64,000 nt of DNA from an uncultured Flavobacteriales bacterium (GCA_938023515.1 CALJDR010000053.1:28331-92330), one strand, 5' to 3'; positions 1-10,510 are shown, numbered from the stretch's first letter. Notes: generated from the letters alone by a model not told the origin. Translations and numbers: made by a program.

Positions 1-618
1 AGCCTCGATTCGCTGGAAAACGTCACAGGCAAAAAATACCTGCTCACCACGGCGGTGGGCGGTTTCAAGAAATTCGCCGATATGACCGAGATGGACAAGG
101 CCCAGCAGTACCTCGACTATATCAACCTGATGACCTACGATTACTATCCCGATACGCTGGCCGTACATCACACCAATTTATATGCTTCGGAGAAATATCC
201 CGTGGACAACAGCGGGGATGCGGCATTCCGGGCGTTCCGGGCGGCAGGTGTGCCGGCCGAGAAACTCGTGATGGGCATCGCGTTCTCCTCCCGCGCATTC
301 GAACTGAAAGAAGGTTCGCAGGCGGGAGTCGGCGATACGGTTGTCAAGCAAGTGCGCGGCGGGGGCGGCTTTACCCGGATAAAAGACAGCCTGGAAAACC
401 AAAAAGGCTTTGTGAAATATTGGGACGAGGCGGCCCGCGCCCCTTATTTGTTCCATCCCACAGACCGGGTGTTCATTACCTATGACGACGAACGCTCCGT
501 TAAGGAAAAATGCCTGTATGCCAAAGAGAACGGCATGGGTGGGGTGATGTTCTGGGAATACATGGCCGATCCGAAAGAGTACCTGCTCGACGCGATCAAC
601 GAAGCTTTTTTGGAGTAA
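1..618 (+). CDS. glycoside hydrolase family 18 (chitinase-like) protein, C-terminal part; 5' end lies outside the window
   Basis: Frame 1 is open from base 1 (SLDSLENVTGKKYLLTTAVGG...) into ORF 55..618. The LDYINLMTYDYY and GGVMFWEY segments are typical of the C-terminal half of GH18 TIM barrels. Confidence 0.7.
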   Translation, partial: SLDSLENVTGKKYLLTTAVGGFKKFADMTEMDKAQQYLDYINLMTYDYYPDTLAVHHTNLYASEKYPVDNSGDAAFRAFRAAGVPAEKLVMGIAFSSRAFELKEGSQAGVGDTVVKQVRGGGGFTRIKDSLENQKGFVKYWDEAARAPYLFHPTDRVFITYDDERSVKEKCLYAKENGMGGVMFWEYMADPKEYLLDAINEAFLE

Positions 619-839
619 GATCCCTCGGAGATAAAGAGCAATGCCTCCTTTTCATCCCCCACGAATGGAAAGGAGGCGTTATGTTAATCTTTTTTAAACT
701 GCTAAAAACTTCCGCTAATATTTGTTATTTTTGGACTGAGACAAAAGAATGCCGGTGCGGGGCCTTTTCCCGACCGGACGGTTTGTCGGCGCCTTTTTTG
801 CCAAACCATACCCGTGCAAAACCTTAAAACAATATAATT

Positions 840-2582
840 ATGGGAAAAATTGTAGCAGACCAGCTTGTGGAGACCATAGCCCAGGCCGGGATCAAACGTA
901 TCTACGCCGTAACGGGCGACAGCCTGAACCATGTGAACGATGCGGTGCGCCGTCTGGGCAGTGTCCAGTGGGTGCATGTGCGCCATGAAGAATCCGGGGC
1001 TTATGCCGCAGCGGCCGAGGCCGAACTGAACGGGATCGCCTGTTGCGCAGGTAGCAGCGGCCCGGGGCATGTGCACCTGATAAATGGGTTGTACGATGCG
1101 CATCGTAGCAATGCGGCTGTGTTGGCCATCGCTTCCACTTGCCCTTCGGAAGAATTCGGCACCTCGTATTTTCAGGAAACGAATACCATTCGCCTGTTCG
1201 ACGATTGCAGCGGGTACAATCAGGTGGCAGTCACCCCGCACCAGTTCCCCCGGATGCTTCAGCAGGCGCTCCAGCACTCCCTGCTCCGGCGGGAGGTGTC
1301 GGTCATCGGGATGCCCGGCGACCTGGCGGCTGAGGAAGCGGAAGAAGGATCGACTGCCGAATTTCTGTTGCCGACCAAGGGTGTGTACCGCCCGCAGGAT
1401 TCGGAACTCCAGGCATTGGCCCAGTTGATCAATTCCCACAAGAAAATTACGATTTACTGTGGTGTCGGGGCCAAAGGCGCCCACGACCAATTGGTCAAGC
1501 TGGCGTCGGTCATCAAAGCGCCGATCGCCTATAGTTTTAAATCCAAATTGGCCATCCAATACGACAATCCGTACGAGATCGGCATGACCGGCCTTCTGGG
1601 GCTCCCATCCGCCTATGCCAGCATGCATGAGTCGGATTTGCTTATCCTGCTCGGCACGGATTTTCCGTACGAGAATTTCATGCCTACCGGGTGCAAGATC
1701 GTGCAGGTGGATGTGCGGCCCGAGCGCATTGGGCGCCGGGCAAAAGTGGATATGGCCCTGGGCGGCGACGTAAAGGACACGATCGAAGCCCTTTTGCCCC
1801 TGCTCGAGGAAAAGGAGAATGACGATTTCCTGCAGGAGCAGTTGAGCGTATATGCAGGCCTGCGGGAGACGATGGCCAATATCGCGGCCAAAAAAGGAGA
1901 GGACGATATGATCGCTCCCGAATATGTAGCTACGGTGATCGACAAACTGGCCGACGACGACGCGATCTTTACGGTCGATACCGGTATGTGCTGTGTCTGG
2001 GGAGCCCGCTACCTGACGGGCACGGGTAAGCGCGAAATGCTCGGATCGTTCAACCACGGTTCGATGGCCAATGCCATGCCGATGGCTATCGGCGCGGCCT
2101 TCGCCCGACCGGATCAGCAGATCATCGCTTTCTGCGGCGACGGCGGCCTTTCGATGCTGCTGGGCGACTTGGCAACTATCGTGCAGTACAAGCTGCCGAT
2201 CAAACTGATCGTGTTCAACAACCGGGCCCTGGGTATGGTGAAACTGGAGATGGAAGTAGCCGGACTGCCCGACTGGCAGACGGGCATGTACAATCCGAAT
2301 TTTGCCGAAGTGGGCCGTGCGATGGGTATGACGGCATTCTCGGTGAGCAAACCTGCGGACGTGAAAAAGACGCTGAAAAAAGCCCTCGCTACCGAAGGCC
2401 CCGTACTGGTGGAGGTCATGACCGACCCAAACGCTCTGGCCCTGCCGCCCAAAATAGAGTTCGGCCAGATGTGGGGATTCGCTTCCTCCATGGTCAGGCT
2501 CGCCTTCGACGGGCGGGTAAGCGAGGTGGTTGATACCATCAAGAGCAATATGAAGCATCTGCCGGATATCTTGAAGAGATAG
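840..2582 (+). CDS. poxB: pyruvate oxidase / pyruvate dehydrogenase (quinone), thiamine-diphosphate enzyme
   Basis: The 580-aa product is collinear with E. coli PoxB as I recall it (GIKRIYAVTGDSLN, HEE..AAA..L.G, GPG..HLINGLYD, YFQE, GSFNHGSMANAMP, GDGG.SML.GD, PPKIE..Q..GF). Confidence 0.85.
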   Translation: MGKIVADQLVETIAQAGIKRIYAVTGDSLNHVNDAVRRLGSVQWVHVRHEESGAYAAAAEAELNGIACCAGSSGPGHVHLINGLYDAHRSNAAVLAIASTCPSEEFGTSYFQETNTIRLFDDCSGYNQVAVTPHQFPRMLQQALQHSLLRREVSVIGMPGDLAAEEAEEGSTAEFLLPTKGVYRPQDSELQALAQLINSHKKITIYCGVGAKGAHDQLVKLASVIKAPIAYSFKSKLAIQYDNPYEIGMTGLLGLPSAYASMHESDLLILLGTDFPYENFMPTGCKIVQVDVRPERIGRRAKVDMALGGDVKDTIEALLPLLEEKENDDFLQEQLSVYAGLRETMANIAAKKGEDDMIAPEYVATVIDKLADDDAIFTVDTGMCCVWGARYLTGTGKREMLGSFNHGSMANAMPMAIGAAFARPDQQIIAFCGDGGLSMLLGDLATIVQYKLPIKLIVFNNRALGMVKLEMEVAGLPDWQTGMYNPNFAEVGRAMGMTAFSVSKPADVKKTLKKALATEGPVLVEVMTDPNALALPPKIEFGQMWGFASSMVRLAFDGRVSEVVDTIKSNMKHLPDILKR

Positions 2583-2605
2583 CCCGTTGTTGCTCTTACC
2601 AAAAA

Positions 2606-2633
2606 CCCCGTACGGTATCCGTGCGGGGTTTTT
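2606..2633. terminator. bidirectional rho-independent terminator between convergent poxB and the GH16 gene
   Basis: A 10-bp stem (ccccgtacgg / ccgtgcgggg, one G-U pair) is flanked by an A-run upstream and TTTTT downstream. Confidence 0.6.
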
Positions 2634-2681
2634 AGATGGGGACAATAAGTGTTGTTAGGCCGGGAGATGCCGGCTTAGCGG

Positions 2682-3509
2682 TTATTTTCTCTGGTATACT
2701 TTCACGTAGTCTATGTCGTGATACTGTGGGAATACCGTCGTCTCGTCCGGGTTTCCCGGCCAGCTGCCGCCGATAGCCGTGTTCATTATCAGAAAATGAG
2801 GCTCGTGCGGAACGCCTTCGGTGGCGGTATGGATGAGTTTTCCGTCGATGTACCAACGGATGGCTTCGGGCTCCCATTCCAGCACGTAGGTGTGGTAGTC
2901 GTCCGAGAAGTTGAAGTCCGCCACGTATTTGGCCGAGGAAGTCATTTTCTTCCCTTTGAAGGAATTGTAATGATACGTGGCGTAGAACACGTTCGGTTCG
3001 TGTCCGAGGAATTCCATCATGTCGATTTCGGTATACCAGGGGCGCAGTTCGGGGATCGAAGTTTCCTTACCGTTGGCCACAGCCTCCTGCATGACGTACT
3101 CCATTGCCCAGTCGCGGTTCTGGGGGTAAAGCCAGTAAGCGGGCCAGATGCCTTGTCCTACGGGTAGTTTTCCGCGGATCTCGATCTTTCCGTAAGTGAT
3201 GGCTAATTTATCTTTCGTATCCAGGCGGCCGCTGGTATAATGTTTGTTTCCATAATCCCTTTTGCTGCTGCGGATGCGCAGGTTGCCGTCCTGCAAGTAA
3301 ACTTCTTCGGGGATGTAGTACTGGAGTTCGTCGTGTTTGCTGGTCTCCCGGATCAGTACGTTCCATTTCTTGGGATTCAGTTTTTTGCCGTTGAAGTCGT
3401 CCTTCCAGATGAGTTTCCACTCTTTCTTTCCGGCGTCCTGTCCCCATGCGGTATGGCCGAGGGGCAGCAGGAACAGGGATAAAAATAAAATAAGACTGAT
3501 TTTTTTCAT
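2682..3509 (-). CDS. secreted glycoside hydrolase family 16 (beta-glucanase/laminarinase-like)
   Basis: N-terminal signal peptide (MKKISLILFLSLFLLPLGHTAWG). GH16 catalytic ExDxxE motif (EIDMME). Typical WPA.W and GGSWPG segments. Confidence 0.85.
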   Translation of the reverse strand: MKKISLILFLSLFLLPLGHTAWGQDAGKKEWKLIWKDDFNGKKLNPKKWNVLIRETSKHDELQYYIPEEVYLQDGNLRIRSSKRDYGNKHYTSGRLDTKDKLAITYGKIEIRGKLPVGQGIWPAYWLYPQNRDWAMEYVMQEAVANGKETSIPELRPWYTEIDMMEFLGHEPNVFYATYHYNSFKGKKMTSSAKYVADFNFSDDYHTYVLEWEPEAIRWYIDGKLIHTATEGVPHEPHFLIMNTAIGGSWPGNPDETTVFPQYHDIDYVKVYQRK

Positions 3510-3914
3510 CGATTGAGTTTTTTAGCGGTTATCCTGCCAAAGGTAACCCGGCCGGGTGTTATATCAAAGGGTTTTTCGAATAATTCAAAGGGGATTTTAA
3601 GTGATTGTCGTTAAATATATTGCGGTTTGCAAACTCGATAATCGACAATTTGTGCTTTTTGCAGGGGCAAAATGTTGGTAATAGATAAAAATTAGCTACT
3701 TTTATTGCGAAATGCGGGGATGGAGTTTCTAATCTGTTTTACCTGAGTTCGTAAAGGTTGACAGGGGGGGGCTTATTTCCCACATGCCGAAAGAAATGAA
3801 GACTGAAATCTGGAAAATGACTGAGGGAGAAGAAATAATAGGCGGAAAAAAACGGATTGAAAGCCTTTTAGGAAAAGTCTTTAGGGGTAAAATGATTAGA
3901 ATTGCGGTAGTGCC

Positions 3915-6680
3915 ATGAAAATATTCTCCGAATCAGGATCCGGCCGGGAACAGTCTCCGGCAGGTCAGCAGGATGGTATCCAGGGGATATCGGCTGAACA
4001 GTTGCTTTCCTTGAGTCCCGATATGATCTTTGTGCATGACGGAGAACTTCGTATCATGCAAGTGATAAATGCCGACGATTCGCTACTGCCCATTCCTTCC
4101 GGCCAAATGGTAGGTATGAGCGTGGACCAGGTCATCCTCGACAAAAAGATGGCCGACGATTATCGGGGGCACCTTCTGGATTCTCTGCACCAAGGGCTCC
4201 GGAAGCGTTTTGAGTTCAGTATCCCGGTAAATGGCAGCCTGGTCTATTTCGAAGTCTGCACGGCTCCTTTAACTCCCGGACGTGTCGTCACTTTTCTGCG
4301 CGATATCACCCAGAATACCCTTCACCGGCTCGAATCCGAAAAACTCCGCGCGTTTTTGAACAAAGCGCTGGACAATATCGGGATCCCCACTTCCATCAAG
4401 GATATGGAGACCGAAACGTACATTTTCTGGAGCCGGCAGTCCTCCATTTTCGGCTATACAGCCGAACAGATGGTGGGCAATACCGAGTATCAGTTCATGG
4501 AGCGCGAGCGGGCGGATTATTACCGGGAGTTCGACCGCAAGCTGGCCCGGGAAACGGGGAAATACGAAAGCATCGAAAAAATAGTTTTGGCCGACGGGAA
4601 AGAACACTCCCTAATGGTCACCAAGAATATTTTCGCCTCGGACGGAGTAAAATGGCTGATATGCAGCACGCAGGATGTGACCGACATCCAGCGCCAGCAG
4701 GAAGAGGTCGAATCCATTACCCATAAGCTGACGCTGGCTCTTCATATCGCCCGGCTCACGCTTTGGATGTACGACACTACCCGAAATGTCTTTATCCTGG
4801 ATTCCGCCCAGATAGCCGGGCAGTACAAGGAAACGCTCGATTGGGATAAGGAACTTCCGGGTTCTTTCTTCTTTTCAGCGCTCTATCCGGAGGATCGGCC
4901 GATCGTTGCGGGCTATTTCGAGGCCCTCAAAGCCGGGGAAATGGAACGCGTGCAGACGGTGGCCCGGGTCGATTTCCGGGGTACAGGCCATTACGTATGG
5001 GTGGAACTCCATGTATCGGTGGACGAACGGGATGCCTCCGGTCGCGTCGTGCGGCTGATAGGGACAACGGTCTCGGTGAACGAGCATAAAGAACTCGAAA
5101 GATCGCTCACCCGCGCCAAAGAGGAACTGGAGATCACGAACTCCATGATGAGCTCGGTCCTGAGCCTTTCCAAGGTACTTCCCTGGGACTGCGACGTTCC
5201 TTCCCAAACGTTCTCGTGCGATTATCATATTTACCACCACGAGAGCCAGCCCGAACCCATAGACGGAAAATACTTTTGCACGGTCGATAAATATGTCGAA
5301 TCGATCCACCCGGACTACCGCGAACATATGCGGGAAGTGTTTACCGACCTGGTGACCGGAAAACGGAAAGAGTTCCATGAAGTGTACCAGGTGCATTGGT
5401 ACAACGACCGCGAGTACGAATGGATCGACAAACAGGGCGCCGTCTACGAATACGATAAGGCCGGAAAACCGAAAACCATTATCGGGTCGAGTATCGTCAT
5501 TACCGAGCGCAAGCGAATGGAACAGAACCTGATGCTCGCTAAGGAACAGGCCGAGGAATCCAGCCGGCTCAAGAGCGCTTTCCTGGCCAATATGAGCCAT
5601 GAGATCCGCACCCCGCTCAATGCGATCGTCGGTTTTTCGTCCGTGCTGGCCCAGACGGACGACGAAAAAGAAAGGCAGGAATACCTGAGCATCATAGAAA
5701 GTAATAATGCGCTGCTCCTGCAATTGATCGGGGACATCCTCGATCTGTCCAAGATCGAGGCCGGAACGCTGGAATTTGTTTACAGCGATGTGGATATCAA
5801 TGAATTGTTGGCCGAGATAGAACAAATGACCCGGTTAAAAGTCGACGGGGAAAAGGTCCAAATATCTTTCGACCAGCGGCTTCCCCACTGTATCGTCCAT
5901 ACCGAGCGTAACCGTCTGTCGCAGGTAGTCAACAATTTCATCAATAATGCCATAAAATTTACTGAGAAGGGGAGCATCCGTCTCGGATACAGACAGCAGG
6001 GAAAAGAACTTTACTTTTACGTGGCCGATACGGGCCGGGGCATTCCGGCGGACAAACGCGACCATGTATTCGGCCGTTTCGTCAAACTGGACAGTTTCTC
6101 CCAGGGCACGGGATTGGGGCTGGCCATCAGCGAAACGATCGTCAAAAAACTCGGCGGGCGCATCGGCGTGGAATCGGCCGAAGGGCAGGGATCAACGTTT
6201 TGGTTCACCATTCCTTACGATTCGCAGGACGGCCAGCCCCCGGCGGAAGAATGTCCGCCTGAAATGGCTGCTCCAGAGGCTCCCGCTGCAACAAAAGAGA
6301 GAAAACCGCTGGTGCTGATCGCCGAAGACAACCCGAGCAACTACAAGTTGTTCGAAGCGATCCTGTCTCGGGAATGTACGCTTGTACATGCCCACGATGG
6401 TGTCGAAGCGGTTGAGTTCTTCAAGAACCTGCACCCGGCCCTCATATTGATGGACCTCAAGATGCCTTTGATGGACGGGTACCAGGCGACGGCCGAAATA
6501 CGGAAATTGTCCGCCGAGGTGCCTATCATTGCCGTGACGGCTTTTGCATTTGCCCAGGACGAACAGCGGGTGTACGACAGCGGGTTCGACGATTACCTGC
6601 CCAAGCCTGTTCATGCCGAGATCCTGCGGGAGAAAGTCCGGCATTATACCGGTGAGCACAGCAAGAATACTAATAAATAG
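3915..6680 (+). CDS. PAS-domain hybrid sensor histidine kinase (PAS repeats - HisKA - HATPase - receiver)
   Basis: H-box [16 protein letters not shown] boxes ([22 protein letters not shown]). C-terminal receiver ([12 protein letters not shown]...[10 protein letters not shown]...K). Confidence 0.85.
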   Translation: MKIFSESGSGREQSPAGQQDGIQGISAEQLLSLSPDMIFVHDGELRIMQVINADDSLLPIPSGQMVGMSVDQVILDKKMADDYRGHLLDSLHQGLRKRFEFSIPVNGSLVYFEVCTAPLTPGRVVTFLRDITQNTLHRLESEKLRAFLNKALDNIGIPTSIKDMETETYIFWSRQSSIFGYTAEQMVGNTEYQFMERERADYYREFDRKLARETGKYESIEKIVLADGKEHSLMVTKNIFASDGVKWLICSTQDVTDIQRQQEEVESITHKLTLALHIARLTLWMYDTTRNVFILDSAQIAGQYKETLDWDKELPGSFFFSALYPEDRPIVAGYFEALKAGEMERVQTVARVDFRGTGHYVWVELHVSVDERDASGRVVRLIGTTVSVNEHKELERSLTRAKEELEITNSMMSSVLSLSKVLPWDCDVPSQTFSCDYHIYHHESQPEPIDGKYFCTVDKYVESIHPDYREHMREVFTDLVTGKRKEFHEVYQVHWYNDREYEWIDKQGAVYEYDKAGKPKTIIGSSIVITERKRMEQNLMLAKEQAEESSRLKSAFLANMSHEIRTPLNAIVGFSSVLAQTDDEKERQEYLSIIESNNALLLQLIGDILDLSKIEAGTLEFVYSDVDINELLAEIEQMTRLKVDGEKVQISFDQRLPHCIVHTERNRLSQVVNNFINNAIKFTEKGSIRLGYRQQGKELYFYVADTGRGIPADKRDHVFGRFVKLDSFSQGTGLGLAISETIVKKLGGRIGVESAEGQGSTFWFTIPYDSQDGQPPAEECPPEMAAPEAPAATKERKPLVLIAEDNPSNYKLFEAILSRECTLVHAHDGVEAVEFFKNLHPALILMDLKMPLMDGYQATAEIRKLSAEVPIIAVTAFAFAQDEQRVYDSGFDDYLPKPVHAEILREKVRHYTGEHSKNTNK

Positions 6681-6714
6681 AAGAAATAGAGAGATTTTTT
6701 GAGGATAAAGAGAA

Positions 6715-8697
6715 ATGAATGAGAACGAAATAATCGGGCGTATTCTCTCCGATGCCAAGATCGGATGGTGGAAGGCAGATTTTAAACGCCGTACTTATAT
6801 TTTTTCGGATTACTTCAGGGATCTTTTGGGCTTTTCGCAAAGCGAGATTCCGTTTGAAGAGTTTATAGGCTACGTACGTCCGGAATTCCGGGACCGCCTG
6901 CGCAGCGAATTCGATACATATGCCAATCAGTTTATTTACGACCGTTCGATCCCTGTCCGGACTCCGAAAGGCGAAATCTGGATACGGGCCAAAGTGATCG
7001 ACCGTATTACACAGGAGGACGGATCGGTCATCCATATAGGGTACGCCCAGATCGTACCCGGAGAGGATATTCCGGAAAACGAGGAGTCGGTGTTGCGGAC
7101 CAACGATTTGCTGTACCAACTCAACAGCATATCCCACACGCTGCTGTCTTTCCTCCATGCCGAATCGGTGGACGAGATCATTCGCAAGATACTCGGCGAC
7201 ATACTTAAGCTCTTTAAAGGAGGCCGTGCTTATATCATCGAATACGACCTGGAAAACAAGACTCAGACCTGTACGTATGAAGTAGCGGATAAAAATGTAA
7301 GCCAGGAACAGGGTCGGATAGATCACCTCCCGATGGCGGATACACCCTGGTGGACCCGGCAGGTATGTACCGGCCAATCGATCATCCTTTCCGATTTGGA
7401 CGATCTCCCGTCCGAGGCGGCGGTCGAGAAAGAATTTCTGTCCGTACAGAATATAAAATCCCTGATCGTCGTGCCGCTTATCGCCAAAGACGGTGTCTGG
7501 GGGTATGTGGGTATCGATATCGTCGAGGAAGCCCACCGGTGGACCAACGAAGACTGCCAGTGGTTTTCTTCGCTGGCCAATGTCATCAATATCTGTATGG
7601 AGCTCCAGAAATCGGAGCAGGAAGCCAGCAAGGAGCGGACGTACCTGCGGGGCCTTTACCAGCATATGCCGGTAGGCTATCTCCGGTTGAAGATGCTTTA
7701 CGACAGACAGGGCAACCTGTCCGATTATATTTTCCTCGATGCCAACGATGCCACGGAACGCATCGTATGGAATTGTGAAAAGGAGGACTATATTGGTTTC
7801 CGCGCCAGCGAAAAAGGCCGCAATCTGAGCGTTGAACTTCCGGTGCTGGCACAGGTGCTCCATAGCGAGCAATATATAGACATGACCGATTACATGAAAG
7901 ATGCCTGCAAATATGTGCGGACGATCATGTATTCGACCCAGAAGGACGAGGTGATCTGCCTGATGTCCGACATGACTGAAATATATGAAGCGCATCAGGC
8001 CCTGGACCGCAGTGAAAAGATCCTGCGCAACATTTACGACAACCTCCCGGCCGGAGTGGAGCTTTACAACAAGGAGGGGCTCCTGATAGACCTGAACAAC
8101 AAGGATATGGAGATATTCGGGGTGAAGGATAAAGAAACAACCCTCGGCGTCGATTTTTTCTCGAACCCCAATGTCCCTGAAGATATCAAGGAAAAGGTCC
8201 GCAACCGGGAAAATGTTTCTTTTAAACTCGTCTATCCTTTCGACCATATCGGCGATTACTACTCCTGCCAGAAGACCGGATCTATAGAGATATATACTAC
8301 GGTAAGTATGCTGTACGATTCGCAGGGCGAACTGATCAACTTCATGCTCATCAACATGGACAATACCGAGATCAACCGGGCCCACAGCCGGATCGCCGAG
8401 TTTGAAAGTTCTTTCTCGATGGTCTGCCGTTTCGGTAAGGTGGGCTACTGCCGTTTTGACCTGCTTACCAAAGAGGGGTACGGGGTGCCACAGTGGTATC
8501 ACAACCTGGGCGAGAAGGAAGACACGCCGCTCCGGGAGGTGCTTGGAGTATACAATCATGTCCATCCGGACGACAAGAGTTACCTGATGGAGTGCATCCG
8601 CCGGGTAAAACTGGGCGAGATCGACAATTTTACCGCCGACCTGCAGATAAGCACGCCCCAGGGCAATAAGGCAATAAATGGACGCGTGTCAATGTAA
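6715..8697 (+). CDS. sensor (PAS/GAF) half of a second hybrid histidine kinase, ended prematurely by a frameshift
   Basis: 660 aa of PAS/GAF-like sensory repeats with no transmitter. It ends in ...TPQGNKAINGRVSM* immediately after an 8-bp tandem duplication at 8662-8677. Confidence 0.7.
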   Translation: MNENEIIGRILSDAKIGWWKADFKRRTYIFSDYFRDLLGFSQSEIPFEEFIGYVRPEFRDRLRSEFDTYANQFIYDRSIPVRTPKGEIWIRAKVIDRITQEDGSVIHIGYAQIVPGEDIPENEESVLRTNDLLYQLNSISHTLLSFLHAESVDEIIRKILGDILKLFKGGRAYIIEYDLENKTQTCTYEVADKNVSQEQGRIDHLPMADTPWWTRQVCTGQSIILSDLDDLPSEAAVEKEFLSVQNIKSLIVVPLIAKDGVWGYVGIDIVEEAHRWTNEDCQWFSSLANVINICMELQKSEQEASKERTYLRGLYQHMPVGYLRLKMLYDRQGNLSDYIFLDANDATERIVWNCEKEDYIGFRASEKGRNLSVELPVLAQVLHSEQYIDMTDYMKDACKYVRTIMYSTQKDEVICLMSDMTEIYEAHQALDRSEKILRNIYDNLPAGVELYNKEGLLIDLNNKDMEIFGVKDKETTLGVDFFSNPNVPEDIKEKVRNRENVSFKLVYPFDHIGDYYSCQKTGSIEIYTTVSMLYDSQGELINFMLINMDNTEINRAHSRIAEFESSFSMVCRFGKVGYCRFDLLTKEGYGVPQWYHNLGEKEDTPLREVLGVYNHVHPDDKSYLMECIRRVKLGEIDNFTADLQISTPQGNKAINGRVSM

Positions 8698-9926
8698 TGC
8701 GCAATATGCTGAACACCGACCCCTCGAAACTCGAGATGGTCTGCGTGAACTATGATATTACCGAACTGAAACGGACGGAGAAGAACCTGATCGAGGCCAA
8801 GAACCGTGCCGAAGTTTCGGACCGGCTCAAGAGTGCTTTCCTGGCCAATATGAGCCATGAGATACGTACTCCGCTCAATGCGATTGTCGGTTTCTCGAAT
8901 CTGCTGGTCGAGGCCGAGGACGCGGAAGAAAAGAAAGAGTACATCAGTATCGTACAGGAAAACAACGACCTTTTGCTCAAACTCATTTCCGATATCCTCG
9001 ACCTGTCCAAGATAGAGGCCGGTACGTTCGAGTTTGTCAACGGCGAAGTGGATGTGAATCAATTGTGTACCGAGATTATCCGGTCGCTCGGAATGAAGGC
9101 GGCCGATACCGGGGTGGAACTTCGTTTCGGGGAGCATCTCCCGCAATGCCGTATGATCAGCGACAAGAACCGGTTGATGCAGCTCATATCGAATTTCATC
9201 AACAATGCCCTGAAATTCACTGCCGAAGGGTCAATTACTTTAGGATATCGCCTGGAGCCGAAAAAAGAGATACTGTTTTATGTCCGGGATACGGGAACCG
9301 GTATTCCCCCCGATCAGCAACAGGCTATTTTCGACCGCTTTGTCAAACTCAACAGTTTTGTCCAGGGCACCGGCCTCGGACTTTCCATCTGCAAAAGCAT
9401 TGTTGAGCAGATGGGCGGCCGCATCGGGGTGGAATCGAAAGAAGGGGAAGGCTCCACGTTTTGGTTTTCCGTGCCTTTCGTGGAAGGAGCGTACGAATCT
9501 GAAATGGAAAGCAATATGATAGAATCAGGATCCTGTTTGACCGGCCATTCGGACGAAAACCGCCCGACTGTCCTTATCGCCGAGGATACCGACAGCAATT
9601 ACCTGCTCCTTTTTCTGCTGCTGAAAAAGGAATACCACATAGTCCGGGCCCTCAACGGCCTGGAAGCGGTTGAAATGCACGAAAAGCTGCACCCCGACAT
9701 TATCCTGATGGATGTGAAAATGCCGGAGATGGACGGTCTGCAGGCTACCCGGGAAATCCGCAAGAAAGACACGGCCGTTCCGATTATCGCGATCACAGCG
9801 TTCGCTTTCGACCAGGACAAACAACGTACCCTTGAGGCCGGCTGCAACGATTATATGTCCAAACCGGTACAGGGAGCCTTGCTGCGTGAGAAGATGCAGC
9901 AATTCCTTCGGGGCGATAAAGGTTGA
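8697..9926 (+). CDS. transmitter plus receiver half (HisKA-HATPase-REC) of the same hybrid histidine kinase
   Basis: The ATG overlaps the upstream stop (TAATG). H-box [29 protein letters not shown], and receiver LIAEDTDSNY...MDVKMPEMDG. Upstream, the same frame reads GNKWTRVNV, which continues the PAS domain. Confidence 0.75.
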   Translation: MRNMLNTDPSKLEMVCVNYDITELKRTEKNLIEAKNRAEVSDRLKSAFLANMSHEIRTPLNAIVGFSNLLVEAEDAEEKKEYISIVQENNDLLLKLISDILDLSKIEAGTFEFVNGEVDVNQLCTEIIRSLGMKAADTGVELRFGEHLPQCRMISDKNRLMQLISNFINNALKFTAEGSITLGYRLEPKKEILFYVRDTGTGIPPDQQQAIFDRFVKLNSFVQGTGLGLSICKSIVEQMGGRIGVESKEGEGSTFWFSVPFVEGAYESEMESNMIESGSCLTGHSDENRPTVLIAEDTDSNYLLLFLLLKKEYHIVRALNGLEAVEMHEKLHPDIILMDVKMPEMDGLQATREIRKKDTAVPIIAITAFAFDQDKQRTLEAGCNDYMSKPVQGALLREKMQQFLRGDKG

Positions 9927-9972
9927 TCTTTTCGCACTCTGCCGATCGGAAAAAGAATAAAAAGATCCGAAG

Positions 9973-10003
9973 TCCCTTGTCGTTTGCCGGCAGGGGATTT
10001 TTT
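9973..10003 (+). terminator. rho-independent terminator after the kinase genes
   Basis: 7-bp stem tcccttg/cagggga (one G-U pair), 11-nt loop, followed by TTTTTT. Confidence 0.5.
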
Positions 10004-10168
10004 CTGACGGAAAAAGTTCCTTATCATAACTTTGATTCCCCTTGTCCCGGCTCCCGCAGACCGGAGATTTTTGCCGGAATTGCCCTCCCGGTAGTGTATA
10101 AAGATGCCCTCAAATTTTTTCCGGGGATTGCTTTTACGAGCCTCTATTTATTGCTACTTTTATCGACG

Positions 10169-10328
10169 CTTTCGGTGGCGGAAATTCGCTCCGCCCCAAG
10201 AGGGAATACCGTGCGATCCGGTAACAGTACCCGCTGCTGTGATTCTCGCCGAACCCGGAAAAAGATGCCACTGCGATTTTGTGGGAAGGCGTTCCGAGGG
10301 AGAGATAAGCCAGAAGACCTGCCGAAAG
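10169..10328 (+). promoter_or_regulatory. cobalamin (B12) riboswitch aptamer in the nrdDG leader
   Basis: P1 pairs CTTTCGG (10169-10175) with CCGAAAG (10322-10328). Conserved core AGGGAAUACCGUGCGAUCCGGUAACAGUACCCGCUGCUGU, then GCCACUG, GGGAAGGC and the B12 box AAGCCAGAAGACCUGCC. Confidence 0.75.
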
Positions 10329-10510
10329 ACCCTATCGAGATTTCTGCTTTCGGGAGTTAAAGCACGGGAACGGTTGGAATCCGGCGCGTCGGTGCGCATT
10401 TCGTTTTCCTTTCATTTCCTTCTTTATCCTTAGAGCATTGCACATCCCTGCAGGGCGGGCCCATCGTGTGGACAAGACATACAATATATAAACGAACCAT
10501 AGGAATAATT

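Noticed and set aside
702-2645. Very long antisense ORFs opposite well-supported genes: 702..2645(-) vs poxB, 6670..8565(-) vs the kinase, 23762..25360(-) vs ilvD, 25691..27763(-) vs ilvB, 29018..30562(-) vs leuA, 21393..22697(+) vs lepA, 56049..57326(-) and 54646..55797(-) vs the pilin genes.
   Set aside because: Their translations are low-complexity and rich in Arg, Gly, His and Pro, with no recognisable motifs. The opposite-strand genes have strong family signatures. Long stop-free antisense frames are expected for GC-rich, codon-biased genes.
10466-10510. GTG start at 10466 for nrdD, as reported in the ORF track.
   Set aside because: The extension MWTRHTIYKRTIGII is not part of the conserved ATP-cone. 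The ATG at 10511 gives the canonical N-terminus.
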